A stretch of DNA of 64,000 nt from Lama guanicoe (taxonomy: Eukaryota), in NCBI GenBank assembly GCA_013239625.1, contig MU054187.1, positions 6,645,757 to 6,709,756 on the forward strand. The letters run 5' to 3'. Position numbers and translations under genes: made by a program. Positions 1 to 13,920 of the stretch are shown one piece after another (within the stretch, counting starts at the first letter, position 1; each line of letters opens with the position of its first letter). Under the pieces are notes generated by a model. That model did not search any database and was not told where the DNA came from. It saw only the letters and a program-made list of their open reading frames with translations.

Positions 1-1814
1 ATTAAAAGAAAATTTAGATCCTAATGATAATTTCAAAACACACTAATATCTGAGTCTTTTTCTTAAAAAACCTATTTAACTTCCCTGTTCACGCTGTCAC
101 AATCATTAGAGAACTTACAGTTGTGAAATGTTGAATGCTCAACGGGAAACTTTAGAATGGAATTTTAATGATAACAAAGAATTTGCTATTATTGTCCTGT
201 GGTGTATTTGACTGAAGATGCACACTGGTGGACACAGGTGCCCTGAATTATCACTCAAACTTCAGTAAAGTTAAAAATCACGAAGTGAAAAATAAAAACA
301 AAGCACATGTGTATTTCAACACAACTACAAACCTTTACTACACTTGATGAGATTGGTAATGTATGCTGAGCTTATTTAAATCGCTGAAATTGGTGTAATT
401 AAACTTCTCTCTAAATCAGACTTGTATAAGAGTCAGAAATCTCCTATAATTAACTTATCTGTAGAAGTAATCAGACAATAACTGCTGGTGTATTTTAGGA
501 CCCACTACAAATACTGCCGCTGTTGGATGTAATGACTGTAATAAATCTGCAACAGCAGTTATCTCATAACCTCTTTTCACAGCTGCAAGGGTGGGAGGGA
601 GATTGGTTTTTTCAAAGCTCTTCCCCAAGTTGGTTTAAGTGTGCCCTTGCTACGTTGCTCTTCTACAATATGGGAAAATTACAAAGCCATAGTAGGGTGG
701 CCTGAACTGAACCACGAGCCTACATCCAAGCGGGCTCTTGTTACTAATAATGAAAAATATATAGTGTTTTACTGCTGAAGACGATGAACCAAAGCCTCCA
801 ATGGGCAGCTAAAAGATGAAGATCTACATACACGGGCCATGCAGGAATTAAGTTCAAGGCAGTGATGACCTGGCCAAGCCCATGAGCACCAAAGGAAACG
901 ACCCTCAGAGACCAAATAATTGAAGCTTGATCACAGGTGCCACCATAGCCACATACTACTGTTCTTATCTCAATAAGATAATGAATAAACTGTTTGAGTG
1001 AAGTACCATGCTTTACCCTTCCCAAGCCAAAGCCATTTGTCCAATGTTTTTGTACATATTTTATTATTTTATAATAGAAAAACATATGAAAACAAGGAAA
1101 TATTGTTAAACCTGTTCAAAGGATCAAAAAAGACCGGAGAACACCATTCTCTTATGTATTCACTCATACATTCATTTATTCCAACCATTTATGCACCTGT
1201 AAGGCACTGTACATGAAGTTAACAGATTTAAAACCAATTGGAAAGATGTTTTGATAATACAAAACCCAACAAGGGGTTAATGTCAGCAATACAAATAAGG
1301 CCACTGAAAATCAACAAGAAAAATTTTTAAAAATATGAATGGGCGGCTCACAGTAAGGGAATCCAGAACGGCTTACAAATGTGAGACAGCCACCTTCTCC
1401 AGTATTCAGAGTGTTAGTATTCGTATGAAGTATCACTGAAACATTAAAACAGCTATTTGAAGGCACTGGAAAATGACCAAAGACAGGCAGAAACTGAAAA
1501 ATCGAAGAGTTTATTCTTGAAAGACTCTCTCCACATTGGGTAAGAATGGTGAGTTTGCAGTTTTCTTGCATGGGGTACTCACCAACCACCCCAAGTCAGA
1601 AAGTGATCTTACCAAAAGGAGCAGATGACATCATTCAGAGCAACAGAGTAGACAGAAATTTAAAGGAGAAATTTTGGAAGCAGGAGAGCCACAAAAGGGC
1701 TGAGATCTTGCTAGTAAACTCTGCTCAAACCCCTGGCTGACTGATAAGTTTCCGTCTCCATGGGTAGCCCCAGGGAGGCTGGTAAAAAAGCAAGCAGAAA
1801 CTCGAAGAGGATGG

Positions 1815-2085
1815 ATTTGTTAAACATGACTGCAAAACAACCTCCAAACTTAGCAACTTACAACAACCGTAAACGTTTATTATCTTAGACACGTTCCTTG
1901 CTACACAGACCTGCCGGAAGGGCTGCTGTGTATTCTCGTAACAGGGCAGCTGGCTTCCCCCAGAGCACGTATCCAAAGGAGAGCAATGTCCCTTATGCCC
2001 TAGCCTTGGAAGTCATGCTGTCATTTCTGCAATGCCCTACTGGTCACACAGGTTAGCTCTATTCAGTGACGAGAGGACTACATAG
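1815..2085 (-). mobile_element. MLT1-type (ERVL-MaLR) LTR fragment
   Basis: Recognisable reversed MLT1 end (ccaaacttagcaacttacaacaac...tttattatct) and body (gccttggaagtcatgctgtcatttctgc); boundaries approximate. Confidence 0.6.
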
Positions 2086-2139
2086 GGGCATGAAGGGGAG
2101 GTAAGACTCACTAGGGGCCTTTGTGAAGGCAAACTGCTG

Positions 2140-3160
2140 CAGAAATTGACCTTTGAAAAACAGAACTGCTCCTGGTGAAATGTGGGAGTCTCCTGTGTTT
2201 TGCCTGAATACAGTTCTCAATACACACACACAGTCTGAACAGCAGAAAATAGACACCCTACTTGTTGGAGGTGTAACTTGAGCATAAGGTGGGGCTGGCA
2301 AAGCAACCGGAAGCTTAGATGGGGAATCCCGGAAGCCAGACCCAAACTTTGAATGAATTCTGCCTAAATCTTTGGCCGACCACTAAACCACGCGGGCACA
2401 GGGCACCTCCACCCGCCACCCACCAGAAGGCTAGACTTAAAAACAGCAGCTGGAAGCCAAAAAAAACCTAAGCAGAGGCAGTAGCTGCTTCACACTGCAG
2501 GGGAGACAGATTTTTCAGTTTGAGTCCAGGCAAATTAACTGTGTATTAGACGCCAACAGTCCCCCCACCTAAAAACAAAACAAATTCCAGAGTTGCTACA
2601 ATATATACACCATCCAGCTTTTGACCAAAAATTGCTAGACATGCAAAGAAACAGGAATCTCTTGACCCATAATCAGGAAAAAAAAAAAAGTAGTCAACAG
2701 CAACTGCCTTTGAGCGTGCCCAGGTATCAGGTGTATTAGAAAAACATTTCCAATCAGGGATTATAAATGAGTACAAAGAATTAAAGACAAACAAGGTATG
2801 AATGATTGAACAGATATGCAGTCTCAACAGTGAAACTGAAACTATAAAAAAAGAAGTAATCAGAAATCTAGAGCTGAAACGAACAGGAGCTGGAATGAAA
2901 ATTTTGCCAGATGGACTCAACAGCAAATCTGAAATGGCAAAAGAAGCAATCACTGAACTTTAAGATAGAAGAAGAGAAATTATTCAATACAGGAAGGAAA
3001 ACTTACCAGAGGAAAAAAAATTAACAAAGTTTCAAAAACTCTGGGACAGAATCATACAGTCTAACTAATTAATTAATTAACTAATTAGCTAATTAACTGG
3101 AGTACCAGAAGTCACGGAGAAAGAAGGAAAAAAATGAAATAATGGCTAAAAAATACTTAA
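2140..3160 (+). mobile_element. Old L1 5'/ORF1 fragment, degenerate
   Basis: A-rich, with typical ancient ORF1 remnants (gaaacaggaa...gacccataatcagg; gatggactcaacagcaaatctgaaatggcaaaaga); no intact ORF. Confidence 0.7.
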
Positions 3161-3422
3161 TTCACAAGATTTTTTGCTAAGGATTAAATGAGAACCTACG
3201 TGAAAATAACTTGAAATGTAGTACATTGTAGACACTTAAAAGTTCATTCAAACATGGATATTCTGTTTATAAACCTTCTTGTCCTCCGTTTTGGCTCTTT
3301 GCATCTCATATTTTCACCATCAGATGAAAAGGCAATTATGGGGAATGGCAGTATCCACATTTTTCACACTACAACTATTTATTCAGCTCCTACTATGTAA
3401 TGGTGAATTGCCATTGGACAGA

Positions 3423-3919
3423 CAGAATGGTTAATTTTATGCATCAGCTTCAGTAGGCCATGGTACCCAGATATTTGGTCTAACATGTCTGGATGTGGCT
3501 GTGAATGTATTTTTTTAGATGAGAAGATTTTTTTTTGATGAGACTAACATTTCAATCAGTAGACGTTGAGTAAAGCAGATCATTCTTCATAATGTCAGTG
3601 GGCCTCATCCAAACAGCTGAAGGCCTAAAGAAAAAGACTGACAGCCTTGCCCCCACAGGGTAGAGGGAATTCCGCCTCCAGAATCCCCTGGGCCTTGAGC
3701 TGCAACGCCAGCTCTTTCCTGGGTCTTCAGCTTGCCTGCCTGCTCCGCAGATGTTAGACTGACTGCCTCCACAACGTCATGAGCCAATTCCTTAAGATAC
3801 ATCTCTCTGTGTCTGTGTCTCTCTCTGCCTCTCTCTGTCTCTCCACACACACACACACACACATACACACACACACACCCCCAACTGGCTCTATTTCTCT
3901 GGAGAACCTTGACTAATAC
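3423..3919 (+). mobile_element. MLT2 (ERVL) solo LTR with internal (CT)/(CA) microsatellite
   Basis: Starts tggttaattttatg, contains gggcctcatccaa and gagccaattcctta, ends tctctggagaaccttgactaatac. Confidence 0.8.
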
Positions 3920-4954
3920 TAGGCTGGGAGTAGGGTGGGGCAGGTCACAGTTCCCACCTTTAAGAAGTGTTTTTTAAATGAAAAATTATGGGGCAAACTC
4001 AAACCATGTGCTAAAAATCTGAAACACAGTATTCCTTGGGAACAGAGAGGACAAGCACATCTTCTGGTCTTGGGGAGGAGACGGGGGTGTAGTCGGAAGG
4101 CTTCCTTGCAGAGGTCATCTCTACGCTCAATTCTAGGGAACAGGAGTTTGTGATTGTAAAGTGAGGAGGCAAGGAAGAGCATTTTGAACAGAGGAAAGCC
4201 ACAAGCGGAAGCCAGGTCCTGCGAGGCTTTATGTGCTGTCCTAAGGAGCCTAGTTTTTACTCTGTTTTTGCTCGAATATGTTATAAATGGTTATAAGAAT
4301 CCCAGGAAAAACTGCATAGAGATATGTATACTTAAAAAACAAGAAGCTTCTTAATGAGGCTTGATCGTTGCCCTTGTGGGTTCTCTCTCTATTTTCCTTA
4401 TGATCACAGGAAACTCAGAAGCAAGCATACCAGGTACCAGCTGCATCAAGCTGATTTAAGGACAATAACACAGCCATCTCAGCCTTTCCTCTAAGCCAGA
4501 TTACAGACGTCATTTGTTAGTGTTTCAGTGTGGCTTGCTTTCTAGTGCCATCTGGTGTTTTGCTGGGGCACTGATACTTCTTAAAATAATACAAATAGTA
4601 ACCAGGAAATCTTTAAATGACTTCTTAAAGACATTCACAAAAATATAGTTTAAGCATATCCTCAGTTGTAATGAATGGTATAATGGGATATTAGATATTA
4701 GTCTCAATCAAAGGAGAATTTCAGGAAAAGTCCCTGATCCGAATGCGATTTTATCTAACACACACACAGGTATACACACAGAAGCAAAAGCACATACCCC
4801 TTTTGCAGGCATGGATATTCTGTTGCTCCTCAAATTTCTTTAAAGGCTCACAAATCCTCAAGTAATCACTGACATTTGATATGTATTAAATTAGTAACAC
4901 ATCGCATACTTTTACCTTCAATGAATTTGTTAACGCAAGCTTTTTTAAGAAGCT

Positions 4955-5772
4955 TTGAGTCATTTTTGACTCCCCTCCTTCTCTCCTGCCCCATCTCCTA
5001 GCCATTAGCAAATCCTACAGAACTCACGTGCGAGTATATGCAGGGTCCAACCACCACGCACCATGTCTACCCCACATCCTAATCCTGTCGCCACCATCCC
5101 TCGCCTGGACTACTGTTGTCACCTTCTACGTGGGCCCACTGCTTGCAATCTTGCATCCCTAGATCCAGAATGGGCCTTTCAAAACATAAAACAGATCCTA
5201 TCAATCTTCTTCTCAGAATCTCCCAACAGCTTCCCCTCTCACGAGATATATTCAAAGCCCTTCTTCAAAGCCCTGTGAGATTCAGACCCTAGAAACCCCT
5301 CTAATTTCACCCCTCCTCTCTCCCCTCACGGGCCACACTGGCCTCCTCACTGACCCTCACATGCACGAAGCGCACCTCCCCCGGGGACTGTGAACATGCT
5401 TTCCATTCCTGGGACTCAGCTCTCCCAGCTGGCTGCACGGCTCACTCCCTTGCACCTTGTGTCTCCAAATGTCACTGTCCAGGAGGCCCAACAACAGAGC
5501 AACACCCCTGCCCACTGTCATTCTCTGTACTCTGCTCCTGTTTCATATTCATACTTTCATACTTCTTCTATTTTTTAAAAATTACGTATCTCCCCCAATA
5601 TATACACTAAAAATAAAAAAAGTGTATGTGTATTGGGGGGGTCTGTAATTTTTAAGTTATAAATATCATGAGAACTGGGACTTTGCTTTTACTGAATGTT
5701 TTAGCTCCAGTGCCTAAAATAGGGCCGGGCACATAGCAGGTACTCAGTGTGTACTGAATAAATGGATAAATA
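4955..5772 (+). mobile_element. L2 3' fragment
   Basis: ccacactggcctcct body and terminal ggcacatagcaggtactcag...tgaataaatg. Confidence 0.7.
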
Positions 5773-6489
5773 AAAATAATTGTCTGAAATGAACACCTAG
5801 CAAGCCATTTTTCCACTGCATTACTTTGCAGCTCACAGTCAGTCCCATTCTGTGGTTGCGGAACACAGACTAGGCGGACAAAGGTGACATCCAGTGGGGA
5901 GAAACTGACATAGCAATTGTGGCCAAAACATGTAAATAATCTGATTCAATTTAAGAAGCTAGCATTTCCTAATGGCATTCGTTTGGAATTAGCCCTGTTC
6001 CAAAACCATGACTCTGTCAAAATAAACTAAACCATATTCTCTAAAAGAAAGGGATCACAAAATTATTAACTCTAAGTAAAAACAAAACCTTCCTTCTCTC
6101 ACCTGTAGCTCTTCACCAACACACTTAAGGGGGTAACACAAGAGTAGAAGATTATGCAACCGAATAGCTCAGCCTGAGACGAATTTACAATTACCATTAA
6201 AAAAACTCCATTTCTATTATTATGAAATTAAAATCCGACTCTTAAAACATTCCATTTTTCCCTCTGCATATTCCAGAAGTGGGACATCTCCCCTTCCCTC
6301 TGTGTGATGGAGAGTGAGAAGCAGGGAGCTGCCGGAGATTCTCTCCACCGGTCCCGTGAAGAAATAGCCAAGGAGCCCACCTCCCATGCACTGGAAAACT
6401 CGCTTCAGGCTCAGAACTCCGGGAGGATAAAGCTGTGCGGAGGGTGCCAGGCAGCACAGGGAGAGGACCTGAAGCCCCTGGAGAGAGAG

Positions 6490-7060
6490 CAGCCCACTGC
6501 AATCTGAAATTAGATGGGGAGGGAGGCCCCCTGAGAGGGCAACAGTCGAGGTAAGACTGAAGGAGAAAGCTGTGTGGGCATCGGGAGAACACTTGGCCCC
6601 AGGGAGTGGCCAGCGCCAAGGCCCTGAGTCCTGGGTGTGCCTGGCAGGGATGCCAGCAGGGCTAGAGTCAAGACCAGGAAAGAATCGTAGGACAGGCAGT
6701 CAGGGAGGAAACCAGCAGAGGAGGGAGAAGTGAGAACATGTCGGCGGAGGCCTTGTAAACCCCTGCAAAGGACTTTGGTTTTACTCTGAGGAAGAAACGA
6801 AGATGCTGGAGGCATCTGAACAAGTTTTAAAACAGTCTCCATGGCCACTGAACTGAGAAAGATTCTAAAGCCAAAGGAAGACCAGTTGGGAAGCACGTGG
6901 AATAATCAGGAGAGACGGTGGTGGCTGCGACCTGGGTGGCAGAGGAGGAAGGTGGCAGGAAGGAGCTGGATTCGGGATCCGCTCTGAAGAGCGGGCTCAG
7001 GGTTTGCTGATGGGACGACAGGGAGGCAGGAAAGAGAAGGTTCGTAGGAAGACTGTGTTT
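6490..7060 (-). mobile_element. L2 fragment
   Basis: Reversed L2 motifs (aaggactttggttttactctgag; agctggattcgggatcc...tttgctgatgg). Confidence 0.6.
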
Positions 7061-7739
7061 TGAGGGGAAGGTCAGACTCCCATTTTATACCTACTAAGTT
7101 TGATATGATTATTAGAAAAGTTAAAAAAAACCTAAATATGTGTATTACTTTAATAAAAAATAAACAGCTAGTCAGGAAAAAAAAAAAAAACGCATGAACT
7201 AAATGCCTGGTTCCCAGCCTAAGGGCTGCGAAATTATGGCCAGAGGCCAGTAACTCCACGTGTTCCCGTAGTGTTTGCACAGAGTAAGGCCTTGTACCTT
7301 ATGTGGACTTTATCTTTTCAGTGTAACCACTGCTTTTATCACTACAAAATAAAGCCGCTCCTGAAACTCTAATAATGTTTAATCACTGAAGATTTTATCA
7401 TTCAACTGATACTTAAAGTATAACCACTATGCTATGATCATCCACGTAAATGTTACAGATTTAACTTTAAAAATAGCTCCTCTAAGTTTAGGAACCTTTG
7501 TGAGAATTGAATTAAAAATCTGCTGGGTTCCTAAACTCATTCATTAGAGTGCCTCTGTAATCAATTCTTGGAAGGCAGAGGTGATATTTTTATATGGGTG
7601 TAACTGCACGTCTGCCTTTCCAGTAATTCAGAGTTCCTTGCAAAAAAGAACACATTCTAGCCATCTAGGGATCTCTGGACTTCGCGTAGTTGTCAACATA
7701 GGTGACAATTAGTAATTTTTAACATTTCATAAGTGCTCT

Positions 7740-7935
7740 TCCTCTGCTAGATACTGTGTAAGCACTTTACATACATTTTCACTTAATTACTATCGTGGAA
7801 ACAAGTCTTACGGTTTCTAGAAGTTGGTACTATCATTATTACTCCTGTAACACAGAAGAGGAAACTGAGGCACAGACTAAGTAATTCTCAAGACATGCAT
7901 GTAGTGAACTGCAAAACTAGGGTTAGAAGCCAAGG
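7740..7935 (-). mobile_element. MIR SINE
   Basis: aagcactttacatacatt...gaggaaactgaggcacaga core. Confidence 0.75.
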
Positions 7936-8114
7936 TCTCTCCAGAGACTTAGCACTTAATGTTTGTGTAGCATGTTAATGTCTGTTGATAAAATCATTGA
8001 AATCATAAACCCACTGGCAATTTAACCAGTGATGTGAAATAAAGTCATGCTTTTTATGGGTAGTATAACTTTTCCCCACATACACTTAAAAGGCGGTTGA
8101 TTTGATCATCTCAC

Positions 8115-8156
8115 CTTTTTCTTTTTTTTCTGGATCATCTGTTTTTCTATTTGTTT
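8115..8156 (-). CDS. ASPH: First exon specific to full-length beta-hydroxylase, 42 nt (ETNRKTDDPEKKEK)
   Basis: Acceptor TTTTCAG|AA, donor AAAG|GTGAGA. Confidence 0.95.
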
Positions 8157-9704
8157 CTGAAAAGTAAAGACAAAACAAAGTTAAGTACCGTGAGAGTCAC
8201 CATTCAGAATCTCAGAATATAGGACTATCTTTGCATGAATTCAAACAAATACAGTTTACAAAAAATATTTCTGAGCAAACAATTCAGCTTTCTTAAATGC
8301 TGAATTCTTTACCTATGCAATTTGTTATGAAATATTCAGAATCTGAATTACATACAAACGTCACTGAGCAATAAGTAGGAATCAGGCACCAGGCTGAGTG
8401 TTCTTGTCTATAAGAAGCGATGGGGTTCATCTCCACCAACAGTAAGTGCCTTTATGGCTACAGACTGAGTCTGGAGAAGACGTACTCAAAGCATATCCAG
8501 TATTTTTATTGTCTCCTAAAAACCATATACTACTTTATAATCGGCACCGTGTGCTTTAAAGGAACACAGCATACCACGCTACTGTGAACTCTAGCCTCAT
8601 CTTCAAGGACTCCACACATCCACAGGTGACCCACTGGGGATGCCTGCACCGAGCCCAGGTGTGCCATAGCTCACCTGCTGAGAGCCAGGGTGGGACTGAG
8701 AGCCCACCTGTGTCAGCTGCTCACTAAGTTAATCAGAGTTAGTGTCTCTCTCACAAATATGGGCTGCCAACCACAGTGAAATCCACCAAGAACCTGGACC
8801 AGCCAAACAACATCCACTGTGCAACAGAAATCAACAGCATGTGACCTGACCATGTGTACATTTCTGCATTTATAACCTCATGTCTGGCCTATTGTTGAAT
8901 ATAGATCAGGATCTAGTTGATTTTCAAGGTAGACCAGTAGTCCCAGTAGTACTTGTCTAGTCTTTGAGTATTTCTAGGAACACGTGTGTACGTGTGTATT
9001 GGAGTGGGGATGGGACAGAGTTTGGGAGACTGATTAAAAAATCAGATTCCATCCTATCACCACAGTGGACATGAGAGGGTGTGGGTGCCACGCAGGTGGG
9101 ATCAGGGGTGCAGTCATGGTCATTCCGAGTTTTGGATCCCCTCTCCCACATTCAGTCATATAAAAGATTTCACTTTGTGGAGGTGAGAAGTAAATCTGAA
9201 GCAGGTTCCTGATGCAAGGAGGGATTTTTATCATCAGTCAAGTGTCTTCCTCCTCTGAGACCCTGGGGAGGGGAAGTGTGCCAGGAGTACTGCCAAGCAC
9301 GTGGCATGTCTCTTGGCTCCTGACACCCTCTGCAGAAGGTCTCATCTCCTTCTTCGTGCAAAGGAGGAAGCTGAGGCTGCGAAAGTGGCAGGGGGTCCAG
9401 GGGAGAGAGATGGCCCCACCAGGGAACTGTCAGAATTTCCAGGTGCTGGACAGAAACCTAAACAGGATGGACGCAGGGGGCCTTCCACTGTAATCCTGCC
9501 CCCGGAAAGGTAGCATAGCAGTAAACGTTTAACAAAATAAATAAACAGTACCTATTAGAGACAGGTTAAGAAAGGGCTTGAAGTCACCCCTTTGTGATTT
9601 GAGTCATCAGAATTGCTGCAATATTTGAAACTACTAGAAAGCACAAAATGAACAGATTTTGTCATGCAACAAAACAAAAAAATACACCTCCAAATAATGA
9701 CAAC

Positions 9705-11472
9705 GTAGAGAAGAATTCCTCGGCATTTTATTGCACTGAAGTAACATTAAACAGAAGACACTGACATCACTTTTAGAAAATCCATTGATGTTGCCCAGCT
9801 GGGCATTTATTTGTAAAGACAAGGCTTATTAATTCAGATATTTGGAACTAAAAGTATCTGAAGTTGACCACAGCATAATGAATCCTCCATGTCCAGAAGT
9901 CTAGAGATGATTCTATACAAAAATCCAGTAAAATTTATTTTATTCATTTATCAGTTCTATGTCACTCCTAAGTTTCCCTAAAAAAATATGGCTTTATAAA
10001 AAGAAGTGTTCTATAATTCACAATATGAAGTAAGAGCTTCATTAGATTCTGAGTAGCAACTCTGTATTACCCATATCACAGCTTTAGAAAATTATTGCTT
10101 TTTTTTTTCTTTTTTAACTAACGCGTTACTTTGGAGTTCACTACACATTGGTTCAGCATAACTCTCTACATTGTATCTATGATCTGTAAGATAAAAATAC
10201 AAAATCTCTTTGATTTTTAACCCTAAAAGCAGGAAAAACGTCACTTTATCTTAAAACAATGTGAACACAATCAAGAGTTCCTCCTGGCACGTCAATGAAA
10301 CCACTTCTTAGGGTTTTTTTTTTAGCTCATGGTCCTTTCAAAATGAGAGTGTAGCTACCCTTTTTCCTAACAAATGAGTATTTTCATCACAGCAACTATT
10401 TTCAAGCCACAGATAAGCCACATTAAAAACAGAAGAACCCCTTCAGTGTGGAAAGGAAAAGGCTCAGACATCAGGCAAGCAGCAGGTCCCTGGCTCTGTG
10501 AGCACTTTTCACACACCCTGCGTCACCCAGCCAGAGGCGATGTTGACTTGATGCGGTAAGAGCAGGGAGCAGTCTTCAGTGTTGTGCTGGCGTCGCTTAA
10601 TTAGCCAAAAGCAGAACCACCTTCAATTTACACACCAGTCATTGATAAGAGATTTTCTAAAATTTAAACAAACAGACTGGATACAGCTATTTTGCGAGCA
10701 ATCCCAGGCGGCCAAAAGCATTTTCACATGATGTAACAGGCCATTTCTTTTCCCTACATCCTAACAAGGAATTTTAATGTTTCCCCCCTTAGTTTAAAAA
10801 ATAAATTAACCACGATAATTTAAGCTTTTATTGAAATATTACATTTTTTCTAATTAATAAGCTAAAAGCTACAGGAATCTCAACTTTGAGTTTTACCCTG
10901 AATACTCGAAGCTAGTGTAGGAGTTTTTTTTATAAAGATCAGTGCAGGTATATACAACTCCGGTCTTCACAGCTAATGATGACTCCTATGAGTGTTTCTA
11001 AGAGCGCTCAGACAAGGCACTCTTAGCGGCTTTAGCTCGTGTTTAACGCAGTTCATACAAGTCAGCTCACATAGTTAGTGTTAATTACTGATAAAATATA
11101 TCAAAACCCTGCCATGACAATTGCTGCTACATCATCAATATGATTATTAAGTATTGTCTGAAAAACACATAAATCCAGGTAAGACTAAAAAGCTGTGTCA
11201 CAGAACGAAAAAGGAAAGAAATCCAACAGATCCGCTAAGGCTATCAAAAAAAGGACATGCAGGAATGTAACATTACATGTGATTTTTTGTTTCTAAAAAA
11301 AAAATACACTAAAATGCCAGTGGACTATGATTCATTCAAAACATCTTTAGTGTTCATTCCCACAGATCTTGGTCTGCTCAGTAATTACTTCACAAGATCT
11401 ACCACAGCCATCTTTTGGAGCGTGTGGGTAAGCTGGTCCTCCTGTGGTGGTAGGGGCAGTCTTTCTGAAGCT
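9705..11472 (-). other. ASPH: Junctate/humbug 3'UTR with several AATAAA signals (10827-10832, 9934-9944, 9806-9811, 9727-9732)
   Basis: Repeat-free AT-rich stretch after the stop; the distal AATAAA is followed by a GT/T-rich element (~9665-9690). Confidence 0.7.
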
Positions 11473-11480
11473 TTAAGTAT
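11473..11480 (-). CDS. ASPH: Junctate/humbug terminal exon, coding part (DT*)
   Basis: Acceptor TTTTTGCAG|ATACTTAA gives the known junctate C-terminus ...EVPPDT-stop. Confidence 0.93.
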
Positions 11481-12190
11481 CTGCAAAAATAAGGGGAAAT
11501 CTAAATTAAAGGACCAACTAGACATAGACTGTGAAATTGCTTCATTTTTACTCTACTTATTAAAAAAAAACCCCCGCCAACCGAAGTAAATCTTTTTTGC
11601 TTTTGTGTTGTTGCTGTTTTTAAGAGCAACCTGCTTAACAGAATGATGAACTATCTAGAGAAGTTCCTGGGGGGTTACTTGCAAAGCTAATGAAAATCTG
11701 AAGTTCTTTAGAGCGTCTGAGAGCTACAACCGAATTTAAGAATTTCAGGCTTCTGAGAAATATAAGCACTAAATTTCTTTCTCCCATCAATGTTTTCACT
11801 CACTGTATTAAAAAGAAATGCAGTAGATGGGGAATAAATCTAGTATGGTATTTGAAACACAAATATAGGATGCATTTTCAGCACAGCAACAGGATACTGT
11901 AAGTTGCAGTTAGAATATATTATTTCGAATAATCTCATGTCAATTTCTAATGTGATTGCTGATATATAAGTGCCTGGTTAAAAAAGAAGGTATACAGTGT
12001 TTTAAAAGCAAAATTCATTCCTGTCCAACTTTTTATAAATACTTTCTTATTCCAAACTTTAGTACCTGGTTTATTTTATTATCAGAGCATCGGATCTACG
12101 TTACAATTAGAGTAAAAAGGAGCTTGTGCACATAAAGGCCTGACCAAATCTTGATATAATTTCTAAAGCTGGATTATGATTGACCCATCT

Positions 12191-12253
12191 TTCCTTCCTT
12201 CCATCCTTCCTTCCTTCCTTCCATCTTCTTTCTACATGTGTGTGTGTATGTGT
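12191..12253 (+). repeat. (TTCC)n followed by a short (TG)n microsatellite
   Basis: Directly visible. Confidence 0.85.
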
Positions 12254-12334
12254 AACCAGAAATTTTTATATAAGCAGAATTATTTGGTGCTAATGAGAGA
12301 TAACTGGAAACTGTATGCATACTTGAATACATAT

Positions 12335-12835
12335 CCAACTGAAATGAGCGTTTACGTCCACCAAAAGACATGTATAGAAAAACTTACAGCAGCTTTCTTC
12401 ATAATAGCCCTAAACTAGAAACAGTCACTACAGCCATCAATGTAAAATGGAATTTTAAAAATAGAGTATATTTATAGTAAAAGCAGCAATGAATAAGACC
12501 AAGTACTATACCTATCCAAGTGGATAAAACAGTCATGATGGTGAGCAACAGAAACCAGTCACAAAACAAGCGTATGTGCATTTGTGTGTGTTTACTCGTG
12601 GTTCTATTTAATCAAATTCAAAAGCAGGCAGAGCAATCTGCGGTGACACAGCTCAGAAGGGCAGTTACCTTAGGTGGGCACATTACTGAGGGGGGAGGAG
12701 GAGAGATTTCTGGGGGCTGGAAGAACTCTCTGTAGTGGGTATAAGGATGTATCACGTGTCCAAGTTCATCAAAGGGTACCCTCAACAGTGAGCACTTCCC
12801 TGTGTGTAGACTACACCCCAAAAGAAAGTTTTAAA
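12335..12835 (+). mobile_element. Old L1M 3' end fragment
   Basis: gtccaccaaaagacatgtata...cagctttcttcataatagccctaaactagaaac and downstream 3'UTR motifs. Confidence 0.75.
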
Positions 12836-13189
12836 AACATGGGTTTGATTTCAGGTTCTCCTCGAATTTACTAGTTAGCTGGACTGTGAGAAATAAGCAT
12901 TTCTGTAACCTGCGCGATCAAAAATCCTCAAGACGATGGGGACTTGTTCAAAGTATAATGATGGTTAACTGATGACAAGGCAAATACACTAAGAGCTCAG
13001 TTACGATTTTAAAGGACTCAAACATGTGCCCCTGAATACGTGTAGAAGTCTCCACTCAGAAGTGGTTCACCCAGCTGCAAACCCAGCATCTCCAAAATCA
13101 GGCCAGTCGGTCTCCGCTCACCCTGCCTTCGGCATCTCCATTAAGGTTCCATCATTCATTCATTCATTCATTCATTCAAGCCAGAAACA

Positions 13190-13920
13190 CGGGAATCGTC
13201 CTGGCCTCTTCTCCCTCAACCCGCCCCCTCTCCCACCAAATTACTTCCAACGCCAACGTCCAAGAAATCGATCCTGGCTCTGCATCCTCTCTACCACGGG
13301 CACGCTCTGCATCCTTCTTATCACAGGTCATGCTCCCACCACTTCTGCTTAGATGAACACACTTGCCCCTCACCAGTCTCCACCTCCTCACAGGACTGCT
13401 CTTTTCAAATCTGGATCTGATCATGTGACTCCTCTGTTGGAATTTTTCAGTGCCTTCCTATCACTTTTAGGCCCAGATTCAAATTTTCAAACATCGTTGA
13501 GGGGACTCTCTCAGAAGCGCCACCTGCCTACCTATCCACCTTGTCTTCTTACACCCTTACGTGGCGCACTGTCTTGGTCTTTGCTCCGCACACACTTGCT
13601 CCCCCGCTTCCCACTCGCCAGCTCCTGTCACTTCAAGCAGCCCCTTGAAGCTCAGCTCTAGCACGACACGTGGGAGACCTTCCCCCACTCCCTGCACCCC
13701 TGGCCCCTGAAGCTGGGTTAGTTGTCCCCCTCCGTGTGCTGCCCTGTGCCCCACTCTGAGAAGGGAACAACACCGTGCTGGTTGTTGGACTCAGCTGTCC
13801 ACCCACAGGTCTCTGAACCGCGACAAGGCAGACACTGAATTGTTCACTGTGTATCCTCACTGCCCAGTGCAGAGCCTGCTCCACTGTAGCTGCTTACTAA
13901 TGGATTTTGTGAATAAATGA
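13190..13920 (+). mobile_element. L2 3' fragment
   Basis: tctgatcatgtgactcctctg body; end gcccagtgcagagcctg...gtgaataaatga. Confidence 0.65.
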
